The notes beneath the pieces were generated by a model that ran no database searches, was not told the DNA's origin, and was given only the letters and a program-made list of their open reading frames with translations. The translations under genes and the position numbers were made by a program. A stretch of 63,917 nt of DNA, counting the filler, from Octopus bimaculoides (taxonomy: Eukaryota), in NCBI RefSeq assembly GCF_001194135.2. It is 10 parts of 10 records of this genome, joined end to end, with 100 filler letters (N's around TTAATTAATTAA, not from the genome) between each part and the next. Parts side by side here need not be neighbours in the genome. Positions count along the whole stretch, not along the records: positions 42,745 to 51,461 come from NC_068998.1; positions 51,562 to 56,618 come from NC_069009.1; positions 56,719 to 59,615 come from NC_068991.1; positions 59,716 to 62,160 come from NW_026332790.1; positions 62,261 to 63,917 come from NW_026305937.1; 5 more parts are not named here. One strand, 5' to 3'. Shown piece by piece: positions 50,586 to 62,976 of this stretch (the stretch's first letter is position 1; every line of letters begins with the position of its first letter).

Positions 50586-51324
50586 AGAAGAAATATTAAA
50601 CAAAATGTTGAATTCGTAGTGAAGTCTACCATAGGTAGACTTCATAGAATATAACATTGCCAGTTTGTATATTATGCTCGAATGATATAACCTAGACGAC
50701 ATAGAATATGCCAATTTATAGGATGGTGTGTTATTTGAGGGAAGTGGTATGTTTGGCTATCAGTTATAGCAAAGTGAATGCTTGTCTTGCTAAATTTTGT
50801 TTAGAGTCGTTTCTAAAACGGAGAGAAGACGACCTACACAAAGCCAGAAAATCCATGAACTAAGGACAATCTTCGTCTAGATGTGTCTCTACCCAATCAT
50901 GTTCATTGTTTTACATCTCAACCCAAGAAATAGTTACATTTTTTGTAACGTGCGTTGCTATCGAGATCACCCCCAACGATTAGGTTCAACTGTGTTGCGC
51001 ACTTTAAACGCTGAGTTGTTTAGTAAGTGTCCACTGTCTTGAAGATGGCGTACAGCGCGTAGCATGGATCTTAACAGGATGTTAGGTACTCAATGGTGTG
51101 ATAAATGCCATGTTCCAGTCTAGTATCCCCGAAAAAAGATCCTTTCGGTATTTTGTATAGTACTATATCTGGTATAATTCTCCACCCGGACATAATCTCT
51201 CCGGTCCTTCGAAAACCTTCCATACCTTGCGACGATTCAGTGTGTAGTGTTAAGTTGGTGGTTACGAACAATACAATACCATAAAAAGACATACACAGAT
51301 ATTCATGTAAAAAAGTAAGAATAA

Positions 51325-51461
51325 ACTTAAAATAAAAATAAAACTTAAAATAAAATAAAATAAAAAAATAAAAAATAAATAAAGTAAAAAATAAAATATA
51401 AAAAATAAATAATAAAAAAATAAAAAAATAAAAAAATAAAAAATAAAAAAAATAAAAAAAT
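51325..51461. repeat. A-rich (AAAAT)n-like tract
   Basis: Direct sequence. Confidence 0.9.
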
Positions 51462-51561
51462 NNNNNNNNNNNNNNNNNNNNNNNNNNNNNNNNNNNNNNN
51501 NNNNNTTAATTAATTAANNNNNNNNNNNNNNNNNNNNNNNNNNNNNNNNNNNNNNNNNNNN
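51462..51561. other. Artificial scaffold join (44N-TTAATTAATTAA-44N)
   Basis: Same 100-bp linker. Confidence 0.97.
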
Positions 51562-51581
51562 TATATATATATATATATATA

Positions 51582-52847
51582 TTGAATCATCCATACATAA
51601 TGCAGTTTCCATGAACTAGAAGTCGGAGGGTAAGGGTACACACGGACTGCATGAGCTTGCTATTAAAAGAAGGTCGTAATTTTATCATGTACATATTCTT
51701 AGTGCAAAATTGGAAGAGTGGAGTTCGACTTAACGGTTACTTTTTCAGAGCTGTAATAGATGTGACAAACGAGGGCATTTGTTTTATTATTAGTAATGAG
51801 TTCAATAAATGTAGCAACGCAATGGGAAGTGCGTGGAATATGAATGTAGTATATGGGGATCGGACACTAATCGTAAGCAAGTGTCAACAGTGTTTTCAGA
51901 AATTCAGACCCGAAATTATAGCCTAGAAGACAAGCTTCATCCTGAAAGATCTGTAGATTTCTACGAGAACATCCTACAAAACACTTGTGGAACAAACTGC
52001 TGAGGGACTAGCAGAGAAGCTTCAATTTGGTCATTCAACCATTCTTCGACCCCACCCTGCCGTCGAAACAGTGAGCTAATTAGGTGATTCTGTTCCTCAC
52101 AAACCTTCCGAGTTTTAATCGCGCGTAGGGGGTAAATTACTGCGCTTCTTTGCTATCACCTTTCACAAATGAACATTATATAGACAGGATAGGGACTGGT
52201 GACGATAAATGTATTCTCTATAAAAAATTCAAGTACCGAAGACAGTGGGCAGGAAAGGAGAAATATCGGAACCCAGGCGAAAGATGGCTTTCACACACGT
52301 AAGGCGTTGTTATCAGTTTTCTGGGATATGAATGTCTTAGTCCACTTTGGACACGAACCAAACGATGAAAAAGGTCTACTACTACGGGTAGCTTCAGCGG
52401 CTTAACTCAGCGCTAGAAAGAAAATGATCATTTTTAAGTTCAAGACGAAATGTGTTCTTCCACCAGGATAATGCTCGGCCATATATATCGAAGATGACGT
52501 TCCAATGGCTGGGGCAGTTTGAACGGGAAATGATGCCCCACTCACCATATTCACGAAACAATATACTATCTGATTATGATTTGTTCCGTAATCTTCATTT
52601 GGATGGAAGAAATATGAATTCTAGAGACAAGGTCAGTACTGGAGAAGTATTTTTTCTGACGAGCAAGTGAATTTTGAATGAGCAGCCTTGCACGTCTACC
52701 AGATAGTAGGCAGAACATTGTAGAAAATGAACGTGAGTATATTTTAGACTAAAAATTACAATGTTTATCTTGTTTGAAAAATACAAGATGTANNNNNNNN
52801 NNAATACAAGATGTATAAATGACCGCATTTTTTATGGGATGATCTAA
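51582..52847 (+). mobile_element. Full-length decayed mariner (DD34D), about 1266 bp
   Basis: TA flanks; imperfect TIRs TTGAATCATCCATACATAATGCAGT and (reverse complement) TTAGATCATCCCATAAAAAATGCGGT; DRIGTGDDK, LSVFWDMN and FHQDNARPY...HSPYSRNNILSDYDLF motifs with 34 residues between D2 and D3. Confidence 0.9.
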
Positions 52848-53000
52848 TATCACCATAGCCTTCACTCCTCATTATATCTTCATCTTCATCTAATTCTTGC
52901 ACATCTACTTCCTTTTCTTCTACATCTGCATCCACGTATTAAAAACTTTGTGACTAATGTTTACTATATTATTACTCACCATTTCTCTTCCATCTTGCAG

Positions 53001-53072
53001 ATATATATCCAATAATGAAATCTACATTATTGAACCTAGATCATTCGAAAATCTTACCGATTTAGAGGTGTT
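53001..53072 (+). CDS. Internal coding exon encoding one 24-aa leucine-rich repeat of an extracellular LRR protein (LGR/RXFP/GRL101-like receptor or similar)
   Basis: TTTCTCTTCCATCTTGCAG| acceptor, upstream TGACTAAT branch-like site, |GTAAGT donor; exactly 72 nt, phase 2-2; translates YISNNEIYIIEPRSFENLTDLEV(L), fitting LxLxxNxIxxIxxxxFxxLxxLxxL. Confidence 0.85.
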
Positions 53073-53170
53073 GTAAGTTGGATCTTCCTGATATTATTTA
53101 TTTGATTGTATATTTCTACATATTTTGTCTTCCCATTTATCTTTACTCTCTCTTTGAACCTCTCTAACTT

Positions 53171-53205
<35 letters not shown>

Positions 53206-53468
53206 ACGATTAAGGATATCTGTGTTAGCGACTTACACGTATGTTGCGATTTATATAAATTGATGTGAACAACGTGAAAACGAACGATTAAAAAAAAATT
53301 CTCCAATTTGGGGAATCACCATGTAGGACAACGAATGAAAACCAGAGGTCCAAATCTATTTATATTCGACAATGAGACACCAGTAGTAAGAAGTCGAATA
53401 CAAACCCAAATTAAATCCTCATGTATGATAAGTATATTGAAATATCCTTTGCAAGAATTACATATATG

Positions 53469-53506
<38 letters not shown>

Positions 53507-54329
53507 AGTATTTNNNNNNNNNNNNNNNNNNNNNNNNNNNNNNNNNNNNNNNNNNNNNNNNNNNNNNNNNNNNNNNNNNNNNNNNNNNNNNNNNNNNNNN
53601 NNNNNNNNNNNNNNNNNNNNNNNNNNNNNNNNNNNNNNNNNNNNNNNNNNNNNNNNNNNNNNNNNNNNNNNNNNNNNNNNNNNNNNNNNNNNNNNNNNNN
53701 NNNNNNNNNNNNNNNNNNNNNNNNNNNNNNNNNNNNNNNNNNNNNNNNNNNNNNNNNNNNNNNNNNNNNNNNNNNNNNNNNNNNNNNNNNNNNNNNNNNN
53801 NNNNNNNNNNNNNNNNNNNTATATATATATATATATATATATATCAATTTAAATATGAATGACATATCAAACATCGTTGTATCTAATAAAGTGGCTTTAC
53901 AACCACTCACACTATAGGAGCTAGAGTAGAAGACACTTTGCGGCACCGAGGAAAGTGGTATAAGTAGAGTAAAAGTAAAAAGTAAACAAAGAAAATGCAC
54001 ATTAGATATAAAAATAAAGACTTCTTTATGAAAAGTAAAGATATATACATACAGATGGATGATTTTGGAATTATGAGGTTTAATATTCATCATTATGAAA
54101 CATTATAGAGATTCAAAGTCATTCTGGTATCATCGGATGCTGATCACTGACTTTGAATGATCACCCCGATTTCCAAACGGTGTTAGTTCTACCTGAGTGA
54201 AAAGATTACATGCAAGGTAGTTAAGTATTTCTGGAAGTGATGCAATTAATGTAGATATAAATACAGGAATATGAATGGTGTATGGGATTATGGAGATTAC
54301 TGGATTTATTGGTAAGTTTAGTAGTGTCA

Positions 54330-55300
54330 TGTATTAAGTTGTGTGTTCATGTTGAATTGTGGTTGATATTTATTAATGAAAGTTTCCCCTTTACTTAATA
54401 TCTGTTGCGTTGAAGTGTTCTATGAACATTGATAGAAAAGGGAAAATTAGCATGGTCGGTTTAAGGGTCCTAGCTCATCTTCCTATGTGTTCACTGACCT
54501 GTATCTGGCTGTAATTTGGGTATCGGATTTGTTCTTCGTGAAAAGTCTTTCTTCGTCGGATGACATTCTTGTTTTGGCCTATATAGTAATTTCCGCACCC
54601 TAAGCAGGTAATAGCATAGATTATGTTTTCAGAAGCACGGGTAAAATTTGATTTTATCTTAAATATTTCACCTTGTGTTTTCAGTTTTGGTTCCGTAGTT
54701 AATGGATATTGTCTTGCGCAGGTTAAGAGTGTTTTCAATTATTTCGGTTGCATCTTGCTCTTGATAATTTTATGCGGGCCTAAAATTTTGTTCATTGTTT
54801 TATATCCAGTGAGAATGGGTAGATTTTGGATGATGATGTTGAAAGCCTCATTGTTTCTAGGGTTGTGTGTGGAGATGTATGGAAGTATTTTTAAGTCTGG
54901 AGTAGTATTTTGGTTGAGCCGTAATGTTTGTATGTCTATTTCGTTTGATAGTTTAATCCCATCATTTATTAATGATGTTGGATAAGGTCTACTGATTAAT
55001 ATTGATTTCAGTACAAGGAATATTCGTTCCACGAGTATTGATGTCCGAAAATATGATACAGATTCTTTTCGCTAATTTATAAGGTATATTAATTTTTATG
55101 CGTTTGGACTGGCATGAGTTGAGCACTAGGTTTTGTTTGGCATCTGTGGGTTTAAATAAGTCCGTTCCGATGTGGTTATTGACTATTTTAATTAGGGTGT
55201 CAAGAAAAAGAAGTTCTTTATTGATGTGTTCCTTGGTGAATTGTATATTAGTGTTGATATTGTTGAGCATTATTTTGAAATCGAGGAGTGTGTACATGCT
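54330..55300 (-). mobile_element. Penelope-like element relic: RT C-terminus, linker and GIY-YIG endonuclease
   Basis: LNNINTNIQFTKEHINKELLFLD, KINIPYKLAKRICIIFSD, PYISTHNP and NIIYAITCLGCGNYYIGQ; frameshifted across three ORFs. Confidence 0.92.
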
Positions 55301-55349
55301 ATCGTTCCAAATAATGAAACAATTATCTAAATGCCTCTTCCACTTCTCC

Positions 55350-56350
55350 TTTAAATAACAATTAAATGACGTTGTGGCTGATGCGTCTTGGGATCTCTTC
55401 TGGGTGTTGGCTAGGGGTAATAGTGCTCAATCTTCTCAAAGTAAATATTGTTTTCCAACATGGAAATTATTAAATATTTATACTACTCTGTGTCCATCAC
55501 TACTGGCGCAGGTCTTTTATCGGCTTCATTAATGGTCTGGTTTATATTATTTTTTTAAAACTAGTATTTCTCTAGAGAATGTTCGAGAAAACAAAAATAT
55601 TATTATAATATTGTTTCTAAATTGGAAATTACATAGACAGTATTTTACGTAGGATATGGACAGTGCCCACGAGCACTAATTTTGGAATTTCTGGCATGCT
55701 TATATTTTCTGCTATCTGAGATAGGTAGCAATAAATCTTAGGGCCCCTACGATTAGCGATATTGTTTTAGTCTTCAAGTCCCATACTTTGACAATTTATA
55801 TTTCAAGATCTTTATACTTGCTCAGTTTTTGGTAGGTCTTGACTGATACATTTATGTCGATTGAGACATTTATATCAATGAGAAGGCACCATTTTTGCCT
55901 GAAGACATTCAATATAATGTAGGTCTATTCACATCTATCTTTCGCTCACTTTGAATGGTGGACTTCCAGAGGTATGGAATGTGGTCAATTTCAAACACAG
56001 GAGGTGGTTTGTGTTCCGACCAGATTTTATCATGAGGCAAGTCCAAGTGTTTTGCAAACTACCCAGTTGATATACTGTGCTGCTCTATCATAGCTGTTGA
56101 GATACTCTGTAGGAGCAAAATCACTGCAAATGGAGACAACATGATCAATGGTTTCATTTGCTTGTTCACATACACGATATGTTGCACTACTGCCTTTCTT
56201 CAATATGTTGACCTGGTAGCTCCTTTTAGGTAGGCATACATTTTGGGCTGTATGATTAATCCTCCTTTTCCTGATTTGAAGCCAGAAAACATTTACCATT
56301 GACTCTAACGTCGGCATATTTAGCTCTCTGGGTATTTATTATGAGATGTT
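55350..56350 (-). mobile_element. R4/Dong-like non-LTR retrotransposon 3' part: zinc knuckle, RLE endonuclease and 3'UTR
   Basis: AQNVCLPKRSYQ..YRVCEQANETIDHVVSIC..EYLN..DR; DVNRP; KLSKYKDLEI; LIVGALR; VLVGTVHILRKILSM* ending at about 55631. Confidence 0.9.
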
Positions 56351-56393
56351 TTTGTCATTTATCAGTAAGAATATCTAAGGTGGCTGTTTTACT

Positions 56394-56618
56394 ATGGGTT
56401 TTCATTCTGAACCAACCATAAACACTGAGGCAGGTGAAAATCAAATAGATGAAGAAAGTCGTACAGAAATCGACGCAAAAGAACTACATGATCTAAAAAA
56501 TAAAATCATGATTGAATGGCTGAAAATTAAAGAAACCAGTATGAATGAACGCGACACTCTCCCCAACTTCGCAATTCTAACCAAAACCTGAAAATAATTG
56601 GTAAAATCCGCCTTGCAC
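56394..56618 (+). mobile_element. Possible N-terminal ORF fragment of an R4-like element, opposite orientation
   Basis: LKNKIMIEWLKIKETSMNERDTLP resembles R4-clade N-terminal regions from memory; truncated by the join. Confidence 0.35.
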
Positions 56619-56718
56619 NNNNNNNNNNNNNNNNNNNNNNNNNNNNNNNNNNNNNNNNNNNNTTAATTAATTAANNNNNNNNNNNNNNNNNNNNNNNNNN
56701 NNNNNNNNNNNNNNNNNN
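56619..56718. other. Artificial scaffold join (44N-TTAATTAATTAA-44N)
   Basis: Same 100-bp linker. Confidence 0.97.
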
Positions 56719-57240
56719 GGGGTGGGGGTGGGGGTGAGTGTTGGTGGCGTCGGCGATTACTGGTGGTGTCTTGGTAGTTATGGTAGTGGTAATGACAGTA
56801 GTTGATGATGCTGGTGGCGGTGCGGGGTGGAAGTCATGGCGATAGTAGTGCTACTGGTAATGGTGGTGGAAGCGATGATGTTAGCGTCGGTGGTTATTTT
56901 GGTGGCGAAGGGTATTCCAGGTGGCTGTAGTTTAGGAGGCTTAAACCTGTAAGTTGAGATTTAATCGTGGTAGTAGCGGTAGTAGTTTTGGAGGTGATGG
57001 TGGTGGTAATCATAAAAGTGGCGATGACAGTGGGCCTAGTAACGGTATAGTTGTTGTTGTTCTTGTTGCTGCTGCTTTTTTTGTTCTTGTTTTTGTTCTT
57101 TTCATGCTGCTGCTGTTGTTCTTGCTGTTGTTGTTCTTGCTGTTGTTGCTGTAGTGGTGGTGGTGGTGGTGTTGCTGCTGCTGGTTGATGTGCTAGTATT
57201 AGAACCGGTGCTGGCACTGGTGATTGGTCACGGTAAATGC
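56719..57240. repeat. Cryptic (GGT/GTA/GTT/GCT)n trinucleotide mosaic
   Basis: Direct sequence. Confidence 0.85.
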
Positions 57241-57269
57241 AGAGTTAGTGATGGTGGTTAGTCATCGTT

Positions 57270-57550
57270 CATTTAACCCCAGGTGAGGTCATTCAAGCAG
57301 ACCATTCATCTCCAGCATCCCAGCCTCGACAATCCCGTCTTTTTGTGTCTCTATCATTAGACTGTCTAACCTGCCCAACCAGTTTAAAGATACTACGCTA
57401 TGATTTCATTGACATTCAGTCACTATTTCGACCAGGCTTTAGAACCACTCATATGGTCTCCTTATAATTTAATCTCGTTGTGGTCATTGTTATTTATGCT
57501 AAGCCCGATATCGACCTAGATCAATAGAACTTACATTAAAAAGCAATCAA
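57270..57550 (-). mobile_element. Two diverged family D copies
   Basis: TTTAACCCCAGGTGAGGTCATTCAAGCAGACC and TAAGCCCGATATCGACCTAGATCAATAGAAC resemble 4460-4525. Confidence 0.4.
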
Positions 57551-57859
57551 TAAATAGACCTTTCATATGTAGTACTGATTCATTCGAACCTAGAACTGCA
57601 TTATGTAGAGTGATCTTGTTTAAGAGGAGTGGATGTGATTCGAAGGAGATCTCGTAGTTTATGAACAAGGATCTACATTTAAGCGTTGGTTATGTAACTG
57701 GATACAGATTACGAAACAGCCGTCAGCATGCGGAACAAATATTTCATCTCTCACTTCTCTGTACTTTGATAAATATTCATATATGTTTATACATTTTTTA
57801 CATATGTATATGTATATATGATTATACGCATGTGTACATGCATATATATATATATGTAT

Positions 57860-57892
<33 letters not shown>

Positions 57893-58430
57893 NNNNNNNN
57901 NNTATATATATGTATGTATGTATGTATATATATATATATATGTGTGTATGTATGTATGTATGTATGTATGCATGTATGTATGTATATAAGTTCATCTCTT
58001 CCCTGCGTGTTCTTATGACAGCTAATATAATTCTTCATATTTGATTTCACATAACATTGAATTAGTTGGAAATGTATTAAAGCGAGAAATTAATGTAATT
58101 CTCAGTAGTCTTGAAATGAAATAGGAAAATCTGCAGGCGTTAATTAATAGATAGGTGACATGAAGAGATTATTGAAGAAGCGATAATCTTATTAAATCTT
58201 GAAGATATATGAATAAACGATAATGGGATAATGGTGTGCAATATTTGTCTTATAGCTGCAGAGCGAGCGAAAGTTCTGAGATTACATCGAATGCTAAGAA
58301 GTCTTAGAAAATAACACTTTCTCACAAAAGTGTATAAAAACCTATATTTATTATTTGTTATGAAGCTATGTGGTTTTCTAATAGAAACATGTGGTAAGGA
58401 ATGTATGCATTAAGGTAAATTATAAATATG

Positions 58431-59145
58431 TTATTGCATTGAAGAAACTTCCCCTATGGGTAGTTGCATACTTAGGCGAATCTGCATTATTATTTCTGAT
58501 GTAGCACTGATTCTATGTATGACGTGCTTAATATGTTTTCGAAAAGATATATCTCCTACAAAAATATCCATATCTGTATCCATATCTCTAGCATTTATAT
58601 AATTTAGTTTATGTTGCATCGCTAGATTTGTATCAATATTAGCATCACAAACATTGGCATTATGCGGTGAATGATTTGTCGAATTTGAGGCATAAAATCT
58701 AAAGGCGAGAGGGAGACACAATGTCAGTTTTAATTAGAGTAAGATTTGATGAAAAGAAGTATGTAAAGTTATGTAACTATGAGTCAGTTACTTGCAGACT
58801 CCATACCCGCACGATAAAGAACGCCTGCGTAGGTATCGTCGTTGACGTCATCATCCTCGCCATGATCATCTCCGCCATCGTCGTCGTCGTCGTCATCATA
58901 ATTATCCTCATTAATATTACGTGATGATGAATCGGTGACACTGCAAGAAGATCGTTTCATATGTATAGTCGTGTTTGTTCCGGCTTTCTTCCATTCGAAG
59001 TTTAACTGCAGCTTTAGCTTATATGAGCTGTAGATTTTAGCTATCACACGATTTAACACCACCATCTTGTGCACTGGGTGCCTTACGCAGAGTTTACTCT
59101 GTTCAAATCAATCGAACTCTGAGGCCATATAAGTTGCATTCCCGC
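58431..59145 (-). CDS. Speculative two-exon fragment (59145-59087 joined to an 88-codon open frame ending at 58431)
   Basis: CTTTCAATCAG|...GC|GTAAGG, then CTCCCTCTCGCCTTTAG|A; phases are compatible (2-2); no recognised domain. Confidence 0.2.
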
Positions 59146-59366
59146 CTGATTGAAAGATAAAAATAATTACCATCACCATAATTAGTAACAAAATTACCAT
59201 CATAAGCATAAGTGTACTCATCGACATTGTCGGCGTCATCTTCTTCTTCTTCCTCATCGTTATTTTCATCATCATTATTGTCCTCCATCAATACATGCAT
59301 ACACACACATACACACACACACACACACACATAAAAATCTATGGATGACTTATCAAATTTAGCAGA

Positions 59367-59445
<79 letters not shown>

Positions 59446-59615
59446 TATTTTATAAGTTCAAAGCTGACAAGGGATCACCGTGCAATGATTAAAGAAAAAA
59501 AATCTAATGATAAGCCCCTCAACGGAAAAAAGTACCAGTTACGCCAGCATACAAGCAGGGTTGTATGTTGGTGTAAATCATAGCCCACTTATTGCGAAAG
59601 TAAAGAGATGTGGGT

Positions 59616-59715
59616 NNNNNNNNNNNNNNNNNNNNNNNNNNNNNNNNNNNNNNNNNNNNTTAATTAATTAANNNNNNNNNNNNNNNNNNNNNNNNNNNNN
59701 NNNNNNNNNNNNNNN
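59616..59715. other. Artificial scaffold join (44N-TTAATTAATTAA-44N)
   Basis: Same 100-bp linker. Confidence 0.97.
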
Positions 59716-62160
59716 ACTTACGTACATACGTATGTACGAACGAACGATAGTACGTACGTACGAACATTAGTACGTACGTACGGACGATAGTACGTACGTA
59801 CGTACGAACGAAGGAACGTACGAAGGAAATAACGTACAAACGANNNNNNNNNNNNNNNNNNNNNNNNNNNNNNNNNNNNNNNNNNNNNNNNNNNNNNNNN
59901 NNNNNNNNNNNNNNNNNNNNNNNNNNNNNNNNNNNNNNNNNNNNNNNNNNNNNNNNNNNNNNNNNNNNNNNNNNNNNNNNNNNNNNNNNNNNNNNNNNNN
60001 NNNNNNNNNNNNNNNNNNNNNNNNNNNNNNNNNNNNNNNNNNNNNNNNNNNNNNNNNNNNNNNNNNNNNNNNNNGAACCAACGAATGTATGTACGTACGA
60101 ACGAACAAACGTACGTACGAACGAGCGTACGTGCGAACGAACAAAAAAACGAACGCACGTACGTACGAACGACGGAATGAACGTACGTACGAACGAAGGA
60201 ACGAATGTACGAACGAACGAACGNNNNNNNNNNAACGTACGTACGAACGAAGGAACGAATGTACGAACGAACGAACGTACGGACGTCCGAACAAACGAAG
60301 GAACGAATGTACGAACGTACGTGCGTACGAACAAACGNNNNNNNNNNNGAAAGAACAAAAGAACGAACGAGCAAGTGAACAATTGAACGAACGAACGTTG
60401 GAACGAAAGAACGAACGAACAAACAAAGGTACGAACGAACGTAGTACGAANNNNNNNNNNAACGAACGTAGTACGAATAAACTTACGAACGAACGATAGT
60501 ACGTACGAACAAAGGAAGGAATGTAATGAAGGAACGAACGAACGTACGCACGCACGAACGAACGTACGCACGAACGAACGAACGCACGAACGAACGTAAG
60601 TACGAACGAACGAATGTATGTACGTACGAACGAACNNNNNNNNNNGTATGTACGTACGAACGAACAAACGTACGTACGAACAAACGAACGTAATGAAGGG
60701 ACAAACGTACGTACGAACGAATGTACGTGCGAACGAACAAAAAAACGAACGAACGTACGTATGAACGAACGAACAAACAATTGAACGAACGAANNNNNNN
60801 NNNNNNNNNNNNNNNNNNNNNNNNNNNNNNNNNNNNNNNNNNNNNNNNNNNNNNNNNNNNNNNNNNNNNNNNNGGAACGTAATGAAGGATCGAACGAACG
60901 TACGTACGAACATACGTACGAACAAAAGAACGAAGTACGTACGAACGAAAGAACGAACGTACGTACGAACGAACAAACGTACGTCGAAAGTACAAACGAA
61001 CAAAAGAATGAACAAACGTACGTATAAAGGAACGAACGTACGTATGAACGAACGAACAATTTAACGAACGAACGTACGANNNNNNNNNNNNNNNNNNNNN
61101 NNNNNNNNNNNNNNNNNNNNNNNNNNNNNNNNNNNNNNNNNNNNNNNNNNNNNNNNNNNNNNNNNNNNNNNNNNNNNNNNNNNNNNNNNNNNNNNNNNNN
61201 NNNNNNNNNNNNNNNNNNNNNNNNNNNNNNNNNNNNNNNNNNNNNNNNNNNNNNNNNNNNNNNNNNNNNNNNNNNNNNNNNNNNNNNNNNNNNNNNNNNN
61301 NNNNNNNNNNNNNNNNNNNNNNNNNNNNNNNNNNNNNNNNNNNNNNNNNNNNNNNNNNNNNNNNNNNNNNNNNNNNNNNNNNNNNNNNNNNNNNNNNNNN
61401 NNNNNNNNNNNNNNNNNNNNNNNNNNNNNNNNNNNNNNNNNNNNNNNNNNNNNNNNNNNNNNNNNNNNNNNNNNNNNNNNNNNNNNNNNNNNNNNNNNNN
61501 NNNNNNNNNNNNNNNNNNNNNNNNNNNNNNNNNNNNNNNNNNNNNNNNNNNNNNNNNNNNNNNNNNNNNNNNNNNNNNNNNNNNNNNNNNNNNNNNNNNN
61601 NNNNNNNNNNNNNNNNNNNNNNNNNNNNNNNNNNNNNNNNNNNNNNNNNNNNNNNNNNNNNNNNNNNNNNNNNNNNNNNNNNNNNNNNNNNNNNNNNNNN
61701 NNNNNNNNNNNNNNNNNNNNNNNNNNNNNNNNNNNNNNNNNNNNNNNNNNNNNNNNNNNNNNNNNNNNNNNNNNNNNNNNNNNNNNNNNNNNNNNNNNNN
61801 NNNNNNNNNNNNNNNNNNNNNNNNNNNNNNNNNNNNNNNNNNNNNNNNNNNNNNNNNNNNNNNNNNNNNNNNNNNNNNNNNNNNNNNNNNNNNNNNNNNN
61901 NNNNNNNNNNNNNNNNNNNNNNNNNNNNNNNNNNNNNNNNNNNNNNNNNNNNNNNNNNNNNNNNNNNNNNNNNNNNNNNNNNNNNNNNNNNNNNNNNNNN
62001 NNNNNNNNNNNNNNNNNNNNNNNNNNNNNNNNNNNNNNNNNNNNNNNNNNNACGCACGAACGAACATACGTATATACGTACGAAGGAACGTACGTACGAA
62101 CGAACGAACGTACAAACGAACGTATGTACGACCGAACGTATGTACGAACGAAAGAACGTA
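59716..62160. repeat. CpG-rich satellite built from ACGA/ACGT/ACAA/AGGA tetramers
   Basis: All visible bases of this scaffold; longer blocks recur (GTGCGAACGAACAAAAAAACGAAC at 60131 and about 60727). Confidence 0.95.
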
Positions 62161-62260
62161 NNNNNNNNNNNNNNNNNNNNNNNNNNNNNNNNNNNNNNNN
62201 NNNNTTAATTAATTAANNNNNNNNNNNNNNNNNNNNNNNNNNNNNNNNNNNNNNNNNNNN
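62161..62260. other. Artificial scaffold join (44N-TTAATTAATTAA-44N)
   Basis: Same 100-bp linker. Confidence 0.97.
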
Positions 62261-62479
62261 ATGTATGTATGTGTGAATATATAAATAGTTAAGCACCGAT
62301 ACCCCTCCCGCATACACACACACACACACATATATACACACGTACGCAGTGCAGTCCTAGATATGCATATTCCTGCACATACATGCTTGCATGTTTATTA
62401 TGCATTGGCTGGATGTAGGAATGGTAAAATGCAATTATGGAAGGAGGGCTGGGGAAAACGGGAATGAAAGAGAGGGGGG

Positions 62480-62564
62480 GAATAAGACAGAAAGAAAGAA
62501 ACAAAGAGAAAAAGAAAAAGAAAAAGAAAAAGAAAAAGAAAAAAGAATAAATACGTGTGTAGAC

Positions 62565-62616
<52 letters not shown>

Positions 62617-62945
62617 GGCTTGATTGATTGATTGATTGATTAGCAGACAGAGAGAGAAAGAGACACAGGTAGAAAGAACGAAAGAAAGAAAACAAAGAAA
62701 TCAAAGAATACATAATGAAGGAAGGAAGGAAAGAAGTTATGTTGGGATATATATATAGAATGAATAAGACAGAGAAAGAGAAAGAGAAAGAGAAAGGTAG
62801 AAAAAAGAAAAGGAGAGAAAGAAGTCGGAAGACAGCAGACGACAGCTCCATGTATGGTCAATAATAGACCTGATATTTGTGGAGAGTGGTACAGACACTA
62901 TAAATAGAACAGGCTGCAGTGAATTGTGGGTAATCTGTGTGTGTG

Positions 62946-62976
<31 letters not shown>

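Noticed and set aside
50620-50644. 11-bp perfect palindrome TGAAGTCTACC-ATA-GGTAGACTTCA
   Set aside because: Short and isolated; plausible by chance in about 45 kb of called sequence
51071-51292. ORF with LRR-like KIPKGSFFGDTRLEH
   Set aside because: No Asn at the LRR consensus position and the flanking splice sites do not preserve frame
59660-62115. 450-780 aa FVRS/RTNE repeat ORFs
   Set aside because: Tetramer satellite plus Ns; open frames arise because the repeat lacks stop codons
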